A stretch of DNA of 64,000 nt from Candidatus Doudnabacteria bacterium (GTDB lineage Bacteria; Patescibacteriota; Doudnabacteria; UBA920): assembly GCA_031291995.1 (NCBI GenBank), contig JARLHZ010000025.1, forward strand, positions 91,965-155,964. Direction: 5' to 3'. This document shows positions 38,248 through 47,300 of this stretch, one piece after another; the first letter of the stretch is position 1; the number at the start of each line of letters is the position of its first letter. The notes below the pieces were generated by a model that saw nothing but the letters and a program-made list of their open reading frames with translations, ran no database searches and had not been told where the DNA came from. A program made the translations under genes and the position numbers.

Positions 38248-39020
38248 ACAAACCCTTAATCACAAAAGTTCCGGAAATTACGGCTTACTTCTGGATCATC
38301 AAAGTCTTAACTACCGGCATGGGAGAAACCACCTCGGACTACCTGGTCCGCCAGATCAACCCAGTAATCGCCGTCGCTCTTGGTTTTATTGGCTTGGTCA
38401 TTGCGCTTATGCTGCAATTTTCGGCTCGCCGGTATGTAACATGGATTTACTGGTTAGCAGTTATTATGGTTGCGGTTTTCGGCACCATGGCTGCTGATGT
38501 TTTGCATATTGTTTTAGGCATTCCATACCTTGTGTCTGCCATATTCTTTACCATTGTGCTGGTTATTATCTTCGCGGTCTGGTACAAAAGTGAAAATACT
38601 TTATCCATCCACAGCATTAACACCACTCGCCGTGAAGTATTTTACTGGGCCACGGTGCTGACTACATTTGCGCTGGGAACAGCAGTGGGCGATATGACCG
38701 CGACAACCATGCACCTGGGCTACTTCTCATCGGGCGTATTATTTTTATTCCTAATTGCAGTAGTCACCGCTGCTCACTATATTGCCAAAGCTATCTTAGG
38801 CGCCGAACATCGCCGCATGAGTTCAAATGCGGTTTTAGCCTTCTGGTTAGCCTATATCTTAACCCGGCCCTTAGGCGCTTCATTTGCGGATTGGATCGGC
38901 GTGCCGGCCAGCAGGAGCGGCCTTGGATGGGGCACTGGGCCAGTCAGCTTGGTCTTATTGGTTATTATAATTTGTTTCGTAGGCTATCTGACCGTCAGCC
39001 GTAAGGATGTTAAAAGCTAG
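38244..39020 (+). CDS. Polytopic membrane protein, paralog B
   Basis: VPEITAYFWIIKVLTTGMGETTSDYL and SINTTRREVFYWATVLTTFALGTAVGDM; same architecture as 35342..36160. Confidence 0.5.
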   Translation: MNKPLITKVPEITAYFWIIKVLTTGMGETTSDYLVRQINPVIAVALGFIGLVIALMLQFSARRYVTWIYWLAVIMVAVFGTMAADVLHIVLGIPYLVSAIFFTIVLVIIFAVWYKSENTLSIHSINTTRREVFYWATVLTTFALGTAVGDMTATTMHLGYFSSGVLFLFLIAVVTAAHYIAKAILGAEHRRMSSNAVLAFWLAYILTRPLGASFADWIGVPASRSGLGWGTGPVSLVLLVIIICFVGYLTVSRKDVKS

Positions 39021-39029
39021 TATGATATC

Positions 39030-39653
39030 TTATGCATTCCTGCACGCGTCAAACAGCGGCACTATATTATGAAAGTGCTGTGCTATTAGTCCATTAATAA
39101 AGCAGGGTATTGCATCATGTGCCGGAATAAAGGCCGCGGCTCCTATACCAGCTACCGCTACCACCAGAGTTAATACATTAGTGCGAATAAATTCCAAACT
39201 TGCCACGTCCGACGTCTGTTTTTGCTGAAATAAGTTATTTACCAGTGGCACCAAGTTCATAAAGAAAGCTCCCATTGGCAGGATTATTAAAATAAATGGA
39301 GCCAGTCCTAGGTGGCCGGCAAGAATATGCTGGCCGATAAAGTTATTAGCGGGGAAGTGAAATAAAGTTCCCAGCATAGCCGCCAAAACCAAAAGAGTGA
39401 AAGGCACCAGCATGGCAACTCCCCATAACGCCAATTTGAATTGCAAAGATGATTTTTCCATAAAATCTTTAATGTTAATTATGAGGACGCTGATAAAAAA
39501 GTCCGGCAGGACGCGGAGCCAGGTTTTTACCAGACCGTAATCTTTTATTAGCTCGTCAAATGTCTGCCGCATTTCCAGACCGTGCTGCTTCTGGAAATCC
39601 ATAGGGTAGAAGTTTATCAGTAGGCTATAGATTTTTTGTGGAAGTTTTTCCAT
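39030..39653 (-). CDS. Hypothetical membrane protein (downstream partner of PadR gene)
   Basis: 207 aa; four to five TM. Confidence 0.45.
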   Translation of the reverse strand: MEKLPQKIYSLLINFYPMDFQKQHGLEMRQTFDELIKDYGLVKTWLRVLPDFFISVLIINIKDFMEKSSLQFKLALWGVAMLVPFTLLVLAAMLGTLFHFPANNFIGQHILAGHLGLAPFILIILPMGAFFMNLVPLVNNLFQQKQTSDVASLEFIRTNVLTLVVAVAGIGAAAFIPAHDAIPCFINGLIAQHFHNIVPLFDACRNA

Positions 39654-39660
39654 ATAAAGT

Positions 39661-40008
39661 TTAGACCTTAATTGACGGCATCAACTCCAATTTCTTGGCC
39701 ACCTTTATTGCAGACTGATAACGCTCCAATTCCCCGCCTATGGCCTTAGTACCCAGCTTCGTGATGCGGTAATATTTCCGGCGTTCTTCATCCTTGGCGT
39801 GGCCGTCAGCTTCTTCTACCAACTTATCTTTAAGCATTCGCTGGATGCTGCCGTATAGAGTGCCGGGACCCATCTTTATTTTGTTTTGGCTGTCTTCAAC
39901 CACCTGCTTCATAATGCCGTAGCCGTGTAGGTCTTGGCGTGATAAAGCCAAAAGAATATAAAATACCGCTGGAGTTAAGTTTTCAGATTGGTCATTAATG
40001 TTGTTCAT
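39661..40008 (-). CDS. PadR-family transcriptional regulator
   Basis: YILLALSRQDLHGYGIMKQV...GPGTLYGSIQRMLKDKLVE...RKYYRITKLG. Confidence 0.8.
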   Translation of the reverse strand: MNNINDQSENLTPAVFYILLALSRQDLHGYGIMKQVVEDSQNKIKMGPGTLYGSIQRMLKDKLVEEADGHAKDEERRKYYRITKLGTKAIGGELERYQSAIKVAKKLELMPSIKV

Positions 40009-40094
40009 ACATATAGTATATATCCGCTACGGATATATGTCAAGAGTTGGAGTTCGTGGTATTCTTACATTAAGATACTTAAAATTTATCTTAC

Positions 40095-40385
40095 ATGAAT
40101 TCAATAATAAAAAAACCTAGTGCATGGATTCCTATAGCATTATCAGTTATTGTTATTGGCTTGTGGGTGTTTGCTTTTTCATTTGGTGCTACTCCTAGTC
40201 GGCAACCAGACGAGGGCACAGCGGCTCACCTCTTCCAAATTTGGTTAGTTTTAGAAGTGTTGCTGTTAGGCTTCTTTGCTGTTAAGTGGCTGCCCAAGAT
40301 GCCAAAGCAAGCTGTTTGGGTTTTGGCCATACAAATTATCTTAGTGCTCGCGGGATGTTTCCCCGTTTACTACTTCAAGCTATAA
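40095..40385 (+). CDS. Small membrane protein
   Basis: 96 aa, three TM. Confidence 0.4.
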   Translation: MNSIIKKPSAWIPIALSVIVIGLWVFAFSFGATPSRQPDEGTAAHLFQIWLVLEVLLLGFFAVKWLPKMPKQAVWVLAIQIILVLAGCFPVYYFKL

Positions 40386-40386
40386 C

Positions 40387-40899
40387 TTGGTATTTGCAAA
40401 AATAATTATGAAGTTAGCCTTAATCATAATCGGATCAGCTTTGGCCAGCGTGGCAATTATCTCCTACCTACTGAATTTATTTGTCCGCAAAGCTTTAAAG
40501 AATGATAATGACCTTCTCGCCCGAACACTGGTCGGACTTTTAACTCTGCAATTCATCCTAGGAATGTTGGCTAATTTATTCGTCAAAATTCCCGATACCC
40601 AGGCTTATGACGTTTGGCACCACCTGGGGCCGATAGAATTCCACTCCATAAATGCGTTGGTGCTCGTTATCCTCTCGGTTATTTTTCTTGTCCGCGCCGT
40701 CAAAAATAGCAGCTCCGTAATTATTGCAACAATTTCTCTAATCAGTATACTAATAGCCACCTACAGCGGTATTGCCTTCGTTCTAACCGGGCAAGCTAAC
40801 GCGTACTCATTTATTATGTCGATGGGCTTTATCGTAGCGTTCTTGCTTTATGCCCGGAAAGGATTTTCTAACTTTAAAGCTTCCTCAAAGTTAGTTTAA
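40387..40899 (+). CDS. Membrane protein
   Basis: 170 aa, four TM; 1-nt gap from previous gene. Confidence 0.4.
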   Translation: MVFAKIIMKLALIIIGSALASVAIISYLLNLFVRKALKNDNDLLARTLVGLLTLQFILGMLANLFVKIPDTQAYDVWHHLGPIEFHSINALVLVILSVIFLVRAVKNSSSVIIATISLISILIATYSGIAFVLTGQANAYSFIMSMGFIVAFLLYARKGFSNFKASSKLV

Positions 40900-40916
40900 A
40901 ATTAAACAACAACTTT

Positions 40917-41270
40917 ATGATCAAAACTGAAATAAAAGATAATATTTTGCATCTTTATGTGGAAGGCGCTGACAAAATTTGGGCTTTTAAAAGCCAGCTT
41001 AGTATCCCGCTTAAGCACATCACCGGCATAAGACTAGACGAAGAGATTGTTAATAAATGGTGGCGCGGTTTAAAACTGCCCGGTGTTAACATTCCTTATG
41101 TTATTACGGCAGGCACTTTTTACCATGACGGCAAAAGGATATTTTGGGACATTCATCACCCAAAGCAGGCCATCATTCTTTCCCTGGCAGATGAAAAATA
41201 TAGCGAGCTTGTTATTGAAGTGGAAAATCCTGAAATGTTTATGCAAGAAATTCAGCAAGCCATTAAATAG
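40917..41270 (+). CDS. Hypothetical protein
   Basis: 117 aa soluble ORF. Confidence 0.35.
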   Translation: MIKTEIKDNILHLYVEGADKIWAFKSQLSIPLKHITGIRLDEEIVNKWWRGLKLPGVNIPYVITAGTFYHDGKRIFWDIHHPKQAIILSLADEKYSELVIEVENPEMFMQEIQQAIK

Positions 41271-41293
41271 ATTAAGCTTGAAATTAAGTTTTT

Positions 41294-41569
41294 ATGATCC
41301 TAAAAAATAAAGCGCTAATAATCGTAATATCCTTAGCCCTTCTGCTAGTTGTCATTTTTGGCATTTACGAAATGTACGTAACAGACAAAGCCCATAAAAC
41401 TTTTGAGAACTATTATGCTTTTAGGGGATGTACCCAGTTAATTAGCAGAACAGCGGATTCCGGATTATGCAAAACTGACTCCGGTCAAACCATTAAGATC
41501 GTCAAATTTAACAATCAGTGGTATCTCGACGGCGACCTGCCGATGTGCTGGAATAATATTTGCTTTTAA
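41294..41569 (+). CDS. Hypothetical exported/anchored protein
   Basis: 91 aa; N-terminal TM. Confidence 0.35.
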   Translation: MILKNKALIIVISLALLLVVIFGIYEMYVTDKAHKTFENYYAFRGCTQLISRTADSGLCKTDSGQTIKIVKFNNQWYLDGDLPMCWNNICF

Positions 41570-41572
41570 TTT

Positions 41573-42166
41573 ATGCCAAGTATTTACACGATAATTGCAT
41601 ACTGGTCATGGATTGCCATACTTTTAGTGTGGCTGCCCGGTTATTTTACAGGCAAACGCACGATTAGAAGACCAAACCCGATTCGCCGGGTCATAGCCTA
41701 TGCTTTACTTATTGCCGGCTACATGTTTTTGTTTTCCCATTCAGGGTCTGGTTCTGCGGCGGAAGCATTCTTGGGCATTCCCAGTATTCAGATTACGCCG
41801 GACACGGCTATTTTTGGGATAATAGGACTCGCGATTGATTTAGTTGCGATTGCCTTCGCGATTTGGGCAAGGATTACTCTTGGCAGCAACTGGTCAAATG
41901 CTATAGCTTTAAAAGAAAATCATGAGTTGGTACAGAAAGGCCCTTACGGGATAGTGCACCACCCTATTTATACCGGCTTATTGTTTGCGGCGTTTGGTAC
42001 GGCTATGACTATTGGCCGGCTGACGGATTATATTGGTATTATTTGTATCCTTGTCGCGGTTCTTATCCGCATCCACGACGAAGACGTTCTAATGGCCGAG
42101 CAGTTTCCGGAATCTCATTCGGCTTATCGGCAACAAACCAAGAAGCTGGTTCCGTTTATTTGGTAA
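41573..42166 (+). CDS. ICMT/PEMT-family membrane methyltransferase
   Basis: GPYGIVHHPIYTGLLFAAFG block typical of isoprenylcysteine carboxyl methyltransferase-like proteins. Confidence 0.65.
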   Translation: MPSIYTIIAYWSWIAILLVWLPGYFTGKRTIRRPNPIRRVIAYALLIAGYMFLFSHSGSGSAAEAFLGIPSIQITPDTAIFGIIGLAIDLVAIAFAIWARITLGSNWSNAIALKENHELVQKGPYGIVHHPIYTGLLFAAFGTAMTIGRLTDYIGIICILVAVLIRIHDEDVLMAEQFPESHSAYRQQTKKLVPFIW

Positions 42167-42191
42167 AAATATAATACTCTATCGCGCACCT

Positions 42192-42596
42192 ATGAACAAA
42201 GCAAAAAATGTAGATGAATACATTACTAGAACCCCAAAGGAAGGGCAAGGCAAGCTGAAACAGCTTCGTGCGCTTATCAAAAAGATTGCTCCGGATGCGG
42301 AAGAACGAATCAGTTACGGGATGCCATTCTACGATTACAAAGGGCGGCTGGTTTATTTTGCCGCCATGCGAGGGTATATTGGACTTTACATTCCTCCGCC
42401 CATAATTGCCGATCATGCTAAGGAATTAAAGATATACGTGACCACCAAGTCCGCAATACACTTACCTCCTACAAAACTTCCCTTCGCTCTTATCAAAAAG
42501 AAAAAGAAAAAGGGTCAGGAGCAATTATCCCGAAATGCGCAAATCAAAAAATACCCTTGCGGGTATTTTTTACATGCAACCGTTCTTAACGGCTAA
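42192..42596 (+). CDS. DUF1801 (YdhG-like) domain protein
   Basis: ISYGMPFYDYKGRLVYFAAMRGYIGLY pattern; C-terminus runs through the terminator hairpin. Confidence 0.55.
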   Translation: MNKAKNVDEYITRTPKEGQGKLKQLRALIKKIAPDAEERISYGMPFYDYKGRLVYFAAMRGYIGLYIPPPIIADHAKELKIYVTTKSAIHLPPTKLPFALIKKKKKKGQEQLSRNAQIKKYPCGYFLHATVLNG

Positions 42597-42697
42597 ATAG
42601 TGATTAGAAAAGCTTAAACATTACTGCTTAAACGTACAACACCTAATGTTCACGTCACAAATTGTTTCAAGAAGCGCTAATTTTCGAAAAAATTAAC
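42566..42697. repeat. Direct repeat copy A (about 132 bp), preceded by intrinsic-terminator hairpin ATACCCTTGCGGGTAT
   Basis: TTTTTACATGC...TTAACGGCTAAATAGTGATTAGAAA...ATTACTGC...ACAACACC.AATGT...GCTAATTTTCGAAAAAATTAAC shared with 43866..43999. Confidence 0.8.
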
Positions 42698-42704
42698 TTA
42701 CTTT

Positions 42705-43751
42705 TTAATTTGTAGGTTTTTCTACTCTGTCGACCATAAATTTGACCGCCTCATTGGTATTTGTTGATTCGATAATAATATTTGGGTGTTTGGTTTGGAA
42801 TACTCGATAAATTTCGTCTACAAAAGCTTGTCCGACCGTCGGTACCTTATCGTAGTCAAAAACAATATGTCTAAATTTTTCAAGACCAGTCAGCACTCTC
42901 CTAGCTTGAGATCTCGAAACATAAATCGTCCCCATGGTATAAAGTTTTACCTGGACTTTAGTCTTGTCAAAATTTGGTTCATTCGGATCGGATGAAAAAG
43001 CTTTAAAGGTATCGCTTAAATGTTTTGTAGTATCTAGCGATATTTTAAAGGTAACGCGGGTGCCCTTTTTCAGACGCGGCAGTTCTCCAACAAAAATATC
43101 GGGAATGAGGTTATCTATCCTAAGCCGAAACTCAAAGCTTTCCAAGCTAAAAACATCTGCGACCTTGGAAGTGAAAAAAATCCCTTCGCCTGAATGAGCC
43201 TGTGGCTCAGTGGTAGTTTTTCCTTTCAGTAAATCTTGGATAGCTTCCAGTTCCGATTTTAGTCCGCGTTTTCTCATGACATTTTTAAATACGCCTACAC
43301 CAAAATCACTCACAACAAAGCAGAGGTTATTGTCTTCTTTTGCAACCTCAATTTCTATAAATTTTGACTTGGAATGTTCAATTGCATTATTTAGCATTTC
43401 AGAAAAAGCGTAATCAAAAATGCTGCGAATGCTTTCTTCAGCTTTAACGATGAACGGCAAGCGTCGGTTAATATCATTTAAAACCTCGTGTTCTTTTAAG
43501 GAGCTATTGCTGAGACGCAGTTTGATTTTATTGCCCAAGCTTTCCTGTGCCTCATCCTGTTTTCCTGGCAACACATAAAACGTGTTGGTGGTCTGACCTA
43601 CCCTCACGATCTTTCCTTCTTGGGCTAGACTGTTCAGCACTCTGCTCACATACTGCCTGGAGTACTGATTCTTTAAGGCTGTTACGGTATCACTGGTTTT
43701 AAGCCGTTTTTTCTCCTCTATTAGCCTTAATATGGTCTTTTTTATATCCAT
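42705..43751 (-). CDS. wHTH - GHKL (histidine-kinase-like) ATPase - DUF4325/STAS-like domain protein
   Basis: N-terminal wHTH; N-box LNNAIEHSKSK and G-box VSDFGVGV; C-terminal HIVFDYDKVPTVGQAFVDEIYRVF resembling DUF4325. Confidence 0.6.
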   Translation of the reverse strand: MDIKKTILRLIEEKKRLKTSDTVTALKNQYSRQYVSRVLNSLAQEGKIVRVGQTTNTFYVLPGKQDEAQESLGNKIKLRLSNSSLKEHEVLNDINRRLPFIVKAEESIRSIFDYAFSEMLNNAIEHSKSKFIEIEVAKEDNNLCFVVSDFGVGVFKNVMRKRGLKSELEAIQDLLKGKTTTEPQAHSGEGIFFTSKVADVFSLESFEFRLRIDNLIPDIFVGELPRLKKGTRVTFKISLDTTKHLSDTFKAFSSDPNEPNFDKTKVQVKLYTMGTIYVSRSQARRVLTGLEKFRHIVFDYDKVPTVGQAFVDEIYRVFQTKHPNIIIESTNTNEAVKFMVDRVEKPTN

Positions 43752-43755
43752 ATAT

Positions 43756-43828
43756 CTTGTAAACTAGTTAAATATTCTTGTAAACTAATTGTAAACCATA
43801 ATTTAAATCTTGTCAACCCGTTGTAAAC
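43756..43828. promoter_or_regulatory. Five iterated TTGT(A/C)AAC motifs immediately upstream of 42705..43751
   Basis: Copies at 43757, 43778, 43789, 43809 (TTGTCAAC) and 43821. Confidence 0.5.
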
Positions 43829-43865
43829 TTGCGCTCAGACATCAAAAAAACCACCCGTGAGGGTG

Positions 43866-43999
43866 GTTTTTACATGCGATTTTAACCTTTAACGGCTAAA
43901 TAGTGATTAGAAATAGTTAAGCATTACTGCCTAACAGCACAACACCGAATGTAATGCGTCAAAGTTGATTCAAGAACGCTAATTTTCGAAAAAATTAAC
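43866..43999. repeat. Direct repeat copy B (about 134 bp), preceded by terminator hairpin AACCACCCGTGAGGGTGGTT
   Basis: Aligned by eye to copy A, roughly 80% identity. Confidence 0.8.
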
Positions 44000-44227
44000 G
44001 ACGACCTATGGAATGTACACCAACAGTAACTTCGAAAAGTTACAGGATGTATATTTTATTCCTTAGAAAGGAGGTGTTACCGAGCCAACTTGACGCAATT
44101 TAACACTGTGTCAACAATAGGAATAATTTTTAATCTGCTACCTGTATTTTAACGCTGAACCAAACTTATGGCAAGGCCGCACCACGCTTGGCTTAGTGCC
44201 AGTAGTATGCTCTGGCTAATAAAACAA

Positions 44228-44258
44228 AAACAGCCCTGCAAGAGAGCTGTTTTTTGAA
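44228..44258. terminator. Bidirectional terminator hairpin
   Basis: AAAAACAGCCCTGCAAGAGAGCTGTTTTTTG. Confidence 0.55.
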
Positions 44259-44295
44259 ATTATTGTTGCACCCTCGTAAGGATGATTTTAACACA

Positions 44296-44631
44296 CTATT
44301 GTGGCATACTTTCCAACTTCATAAACTCTTCAAAGGGAATATCCTTACCACCGACAGCAATAACAGCATCGGAAACAGTATTCATACCCGAGCCTCCTAC
44401 CCACTCCTCGCCGACAATCTTGCCCATAACTTTTGCTTTTAATCTTTCAAAATCACCATCGCTTAACGGAGCCTCTTGGCTATTAGTTCGTGATCCATTA
44501 TTAACTTTAAACTTTAGCACAACATTTATAGGTTGTTTTTGCTTTTCTGCGTCTTCCAAACTCAATACCTCGGCTTGATAATCAACAACTGCTTCCGGAG
44601 GAGTTTGTAAGGTACCCATTTCTTTAGACAC
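44296..44631 (-). CDS. Hypothetical protein; annotated start lies inside IS3 terminal repeat
   Basis: 111 aa; first codons ATGTCTAAAGAAATGGGTACC coincide with the IS3 right-end inverted repeat. Confidence 0.3.
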   Translation of the reverse strand: MSKEMGTLQTPPEAVVDYQAEVLSLEDAEKQKQPINVVLKFKVNNGSRTNSQEAPLSDGDFERLKAKVMGKIVGEEWVGGSGMNTVSDAVIAVGGKDIPFEEFMKLESMPQ

Positions 44632-44651
44632 CTTGTAAGCGGTTTTTTAGG

Positions 44652-45491
44652 TTAAGTTAATGATACTTGATTTCGCTGCCGGTCGGCAAATGCTGACGGC
44701 GGCATTTTTAATGATGTGTGGATTCTGTAGTGATTGTAGCTATGGATAAGGAGGTAGATTTCGGCGGTCAGTTCCCCTAAGGTCTTAAACCTCCCCGGAT
44801 CACCTAAGTCAGTTTTAAACTTACCATAGAACGATTCCTGGTAGCCGTTTTCCCAAGGGCTGGATTTACGACTCATGGAAATTGTAATGCCGGCTTGTTC
44901 TGCAAGCCCGCAGTAAGTTTGAGACTTGTATTCCTGTCCTTGGTCGGAATGCAGGTATTTGGCGGCTGGGTGTTTTTCTAAAGCGTCAATTAAAGCCAGT
45001 AAAATTAACTGGCTGCTATGCGCGGTCCAGACTGACCAGCCGACAACCTCTCTGGTAAATAAATCTATTATCGTCGCCAGATAAACAAACCGGCCGTGGA
45101 ATGGTATGTAGGTAAAGTCACTGACCCAGACAATGCCTTCATGTTCAGGGAACGGAATCAGCAATAACCAATTCTGGTAGGGTGCGACAATTTGTCCTAA
45201 ATCCCGCTTCTTTGTTAGCTTTTTACCCCTCCTACGATAAGGCTTAATGCCAAACAGCTTCATGACGCGCCGGACTCTTTTTTTGTTTACTCCCAATACC
45301 GGAGCTAATCGTTTGTGGCCATAGCTTGGGTGGTCATGGAGGGTTTGTTCAATGCGGATTTTAAGAAGCCAGTCTTTTTGAGGAAGTGCCGGTTCGTAAT
45401 ACAGGCTGGCCCTACTGACTCCCAGACTTTTAGCCAATTCGGTCTTAGTCGGATTTTCAAGGTGCATAGACTCAGCCAGCTCCTTAACCAA
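44652..45491 (-). CDS. IS3-family transposase OrfB (rve/DDE integrase domain)
   Basis: 279 aa; DDE integrase-fold region (WVSDFTYIPF... HSDQGQEY...). Confidence 0.8.
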   Translation of the reverse strand: MVKELAESMHLENPTKTELAKSLGVSRASLYYEPALPQKDWLLKIRIEQTLHDHPSYGHKRLAPVLGVNKKRVRRVMKLFGIKPYRRRGKKLTKKRDLGQIVAPYQNWLLLIPFPEHEGIVWVSDFTYIPFHGRFVYLATIIDLFTREVVGWSVWTAHSSQLILLALIDALEKHPAAKYLHSDQGQEYKSQTYCGLAEQAGITISMSRKSSPWENGYQESFYGKFKTDLGDPGRFKTLGELTAEIYLLIHSYNHYRIHTSLKMPPSAFADRQRNQVSLT

Positions 45492-45750
45492 GTTCCTTTT
45501 TTTCCGCCAATGACAGTTTGACTGTCAGTCGGCCGATAATCTCGTGCAGGGTTTGGTTCTCCCGCTTTAGTCGGGACAGTTCAATCACCGAGGGCGGCGC
45601 GGTAACTCCCTTGGCTATCCAGCCGTAGATAGTCTGGGTGGACAAGCCATGTTCCTCGGCGGCTTGGGTGACACTGACGCCTTCTTCCTTAATGCGTTTT
45701 AAAATTTGCTGTTTGACTTCCAGGCTGACTTTGTATTTGCCTTTGGGCAT
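45484..45750 (-). CDS. IS3-family transposase OrfA (HTH)
   Basis: 88 aa HTH plus leucine-zipper-like; overlaps orfB by 8 nt around GGAAAAAAAG (minus strand, plus-strand 45496-45504). Confidence 0.8.
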   Translation of the reverse strand: MPKGKYKVSLEVKQQILKRIKEEGVSVTQAAEEHGLSTQTIYGWIAKGVTAPPSVIELSRLKRENQTLHEIIGRLTVKLSLAEKKELG

Positions 45751-45814
45751 AGTTAGAAATTCCTTTCTAACCTAATTATACCTCAGACTAAGTGTCTTAA
45801 ATTTGGGGTACCGG

Positions 45815-47005
45815 TCATAATTTGGTTTGATATTGTTTGTGAGTAGCGCGTTTCCATTCCATTTCTACTTGATATTTTCTGGATTGCAGAATATTTTGAT
45901 GTTCGTCTTGAGTAAAATGCACCTGGCCATTTTTGTCTACGCCAAAATGCTCCAGATAAATATCGTAATCGGACAAATAAAAGTCTGGTTTATATTGTCT
46001 GTATTCGCTATTGGAAGTTTTGTACTTATACGGAGCTTCGTATTGGTAATTAACGCCGTTAACACATAAAAAGTTGGCAACCATTACTTCCTGCTGGCTT
46101 TTTACCAATTCTTTTTTTAAAGTAAGATTCTGCTTGGTTTTAACATATTTATAATAGTCATCCAGATTTTTAAAGCCGGGCTTTAAAATTACCGGCTTAA
46201 AATAATAAGCAAAGTATTCCACTGCCCGCTGTAGATAGCTAGGGTTTTTTAGTAGCAAGCTAAATTGTTCGTCAAGAAAATTTTGTCTGGCTGTACTGCT
46301 AGGAAAAGCCAGATCCGGCCTTTGGTCAAGAGCTTTGCCAATAACTGACAAGCCAAAGCTATGGAAAGTTTGGGCTTTAACGCTGTTTTCCCCGAATTTT
46401 TTACTTATCCTATCGGCCAATTCTTCTACGGCCCTGCCGGTAAAAGACAAAAGCAAAATATCTTCCGGTTTAATTTTTACCCGCTCCAAGATGTATGCTA
46501 ATTTGCCCATTATGGTAGTTGTCTTGCCGGTGCCTGCGCCAGCTACTAATAATGTGTTGTCTTCGTCCGAAGCAATGGCCGTAACTTGGTCCTTGTTATT
46601 TTGGATTTGTTTCGCGCTTAGTATTTGCTTAATGGTAGACGATTCACGCTGAACAAAGTTTTCGTTAAATTTGTCAATAAACAGTTCCCTGCCTTTGTTA
46701 TAAAAGTCCGCAAAGTCGGTAACCAGTTTTTTAAATTGATCCCGCGTTTTAACTTTATACAATAACGGACTGAACATTTCGGCCAGATATTGATATTTGG
46801 TTTTCCACAACCGATATTGTCGATTGCTAATATACCAATTTTGCCTGCTTAAGCCGTTAAATTCGCCCAAGGCGTTCTTAAACTCCGGCTCGTGCTTCTT
46901 TAAGGCTAATAACAAATTAAGCGAGCGCCTATTTTTTAGGAACTCGCTAAATTCATAGGCTCCAAATATTAAAATGGCAATTATTAATACGGAAAAAAAT
47001 AACAT
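45815..47005 (-). pseudogene. UvrD/PcrA-like helicase N-terminal fragment, apparently truncated by the IS3 insertion
   Basis: Walker A LLVAGAGTGKTTTIMGK but only about 250 aa after it and no motifs IV-VI; its TGA stop is the terminal TCA/TGA of the IS3 end. Confidence 0.5.
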
Positions 47006-47018
47006 AAATATTTACATT

Positions 47019-47300
47019 CTAAATCTTTTCAGTATGTTTGCATTTTGGATAGCTTGTACAACCATAAAATTCTCCAAACTTGCCGGAACGTATTTGCATT
47101 GGACTGCCGCAAGCAGAGCAAATTTTGTCAGTCGAGTTTTCCGAAACCGTACCATTTTTTAATTTATTCTTGCGTTTTAAATAGTCTAAAAAATCCGGTG
47201 CTAATTCGGCAATAATATAAAAAACAGCCAAAACAATTAGCCAAGGCCAAAAAGTTTTTAACACCGACCAAAATATATTACCAACAAAATCAGGTTGCAT
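47019..47300 (-). CDS. Small membrane protein with topoisomerase-type C4 zinc ribbon
   Basis: N-terminal TM then CSACGSPMQIRSGKFGEFYGCTSYPKC (zf-C4_Topoisom-like). Confidence 0.5.
   Translation of the reverse strand: MQPDFVGNIFWSVLKTFWPWLIVLAVFYIIAELAPDFLDYLKRKNKLKNGTVSENSTDKICSACGSPMQIRSGKFGEFYGCTSYPKCKHTEKI

Larger units (their letters stand above)
44606..45817 (-). mobile_element. IS3-family insertion sequence (about 1.2 kb)
   Basis: Ends TGTAAGGTACCCATTTCTTTAGACAC (44606-) and reverse complement of right end TGACCGGTACCCCAAATTTAAGACAC (-45817); orfA/orfB with A AAA AAG slippery site. Confidence 0.8.

Noticed and set aside
44000-44227. Strong GGAGGTG Shine-Dalgarno-like sequence at about 44070 with a 20-codon hydrophobic ORF from TTG
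   Set aside because: The spacing between the SD and the TTG start is too long, at about 13 nt. The ORF is very short and there is no terminator pairing. It may be a fortuitous purine run.
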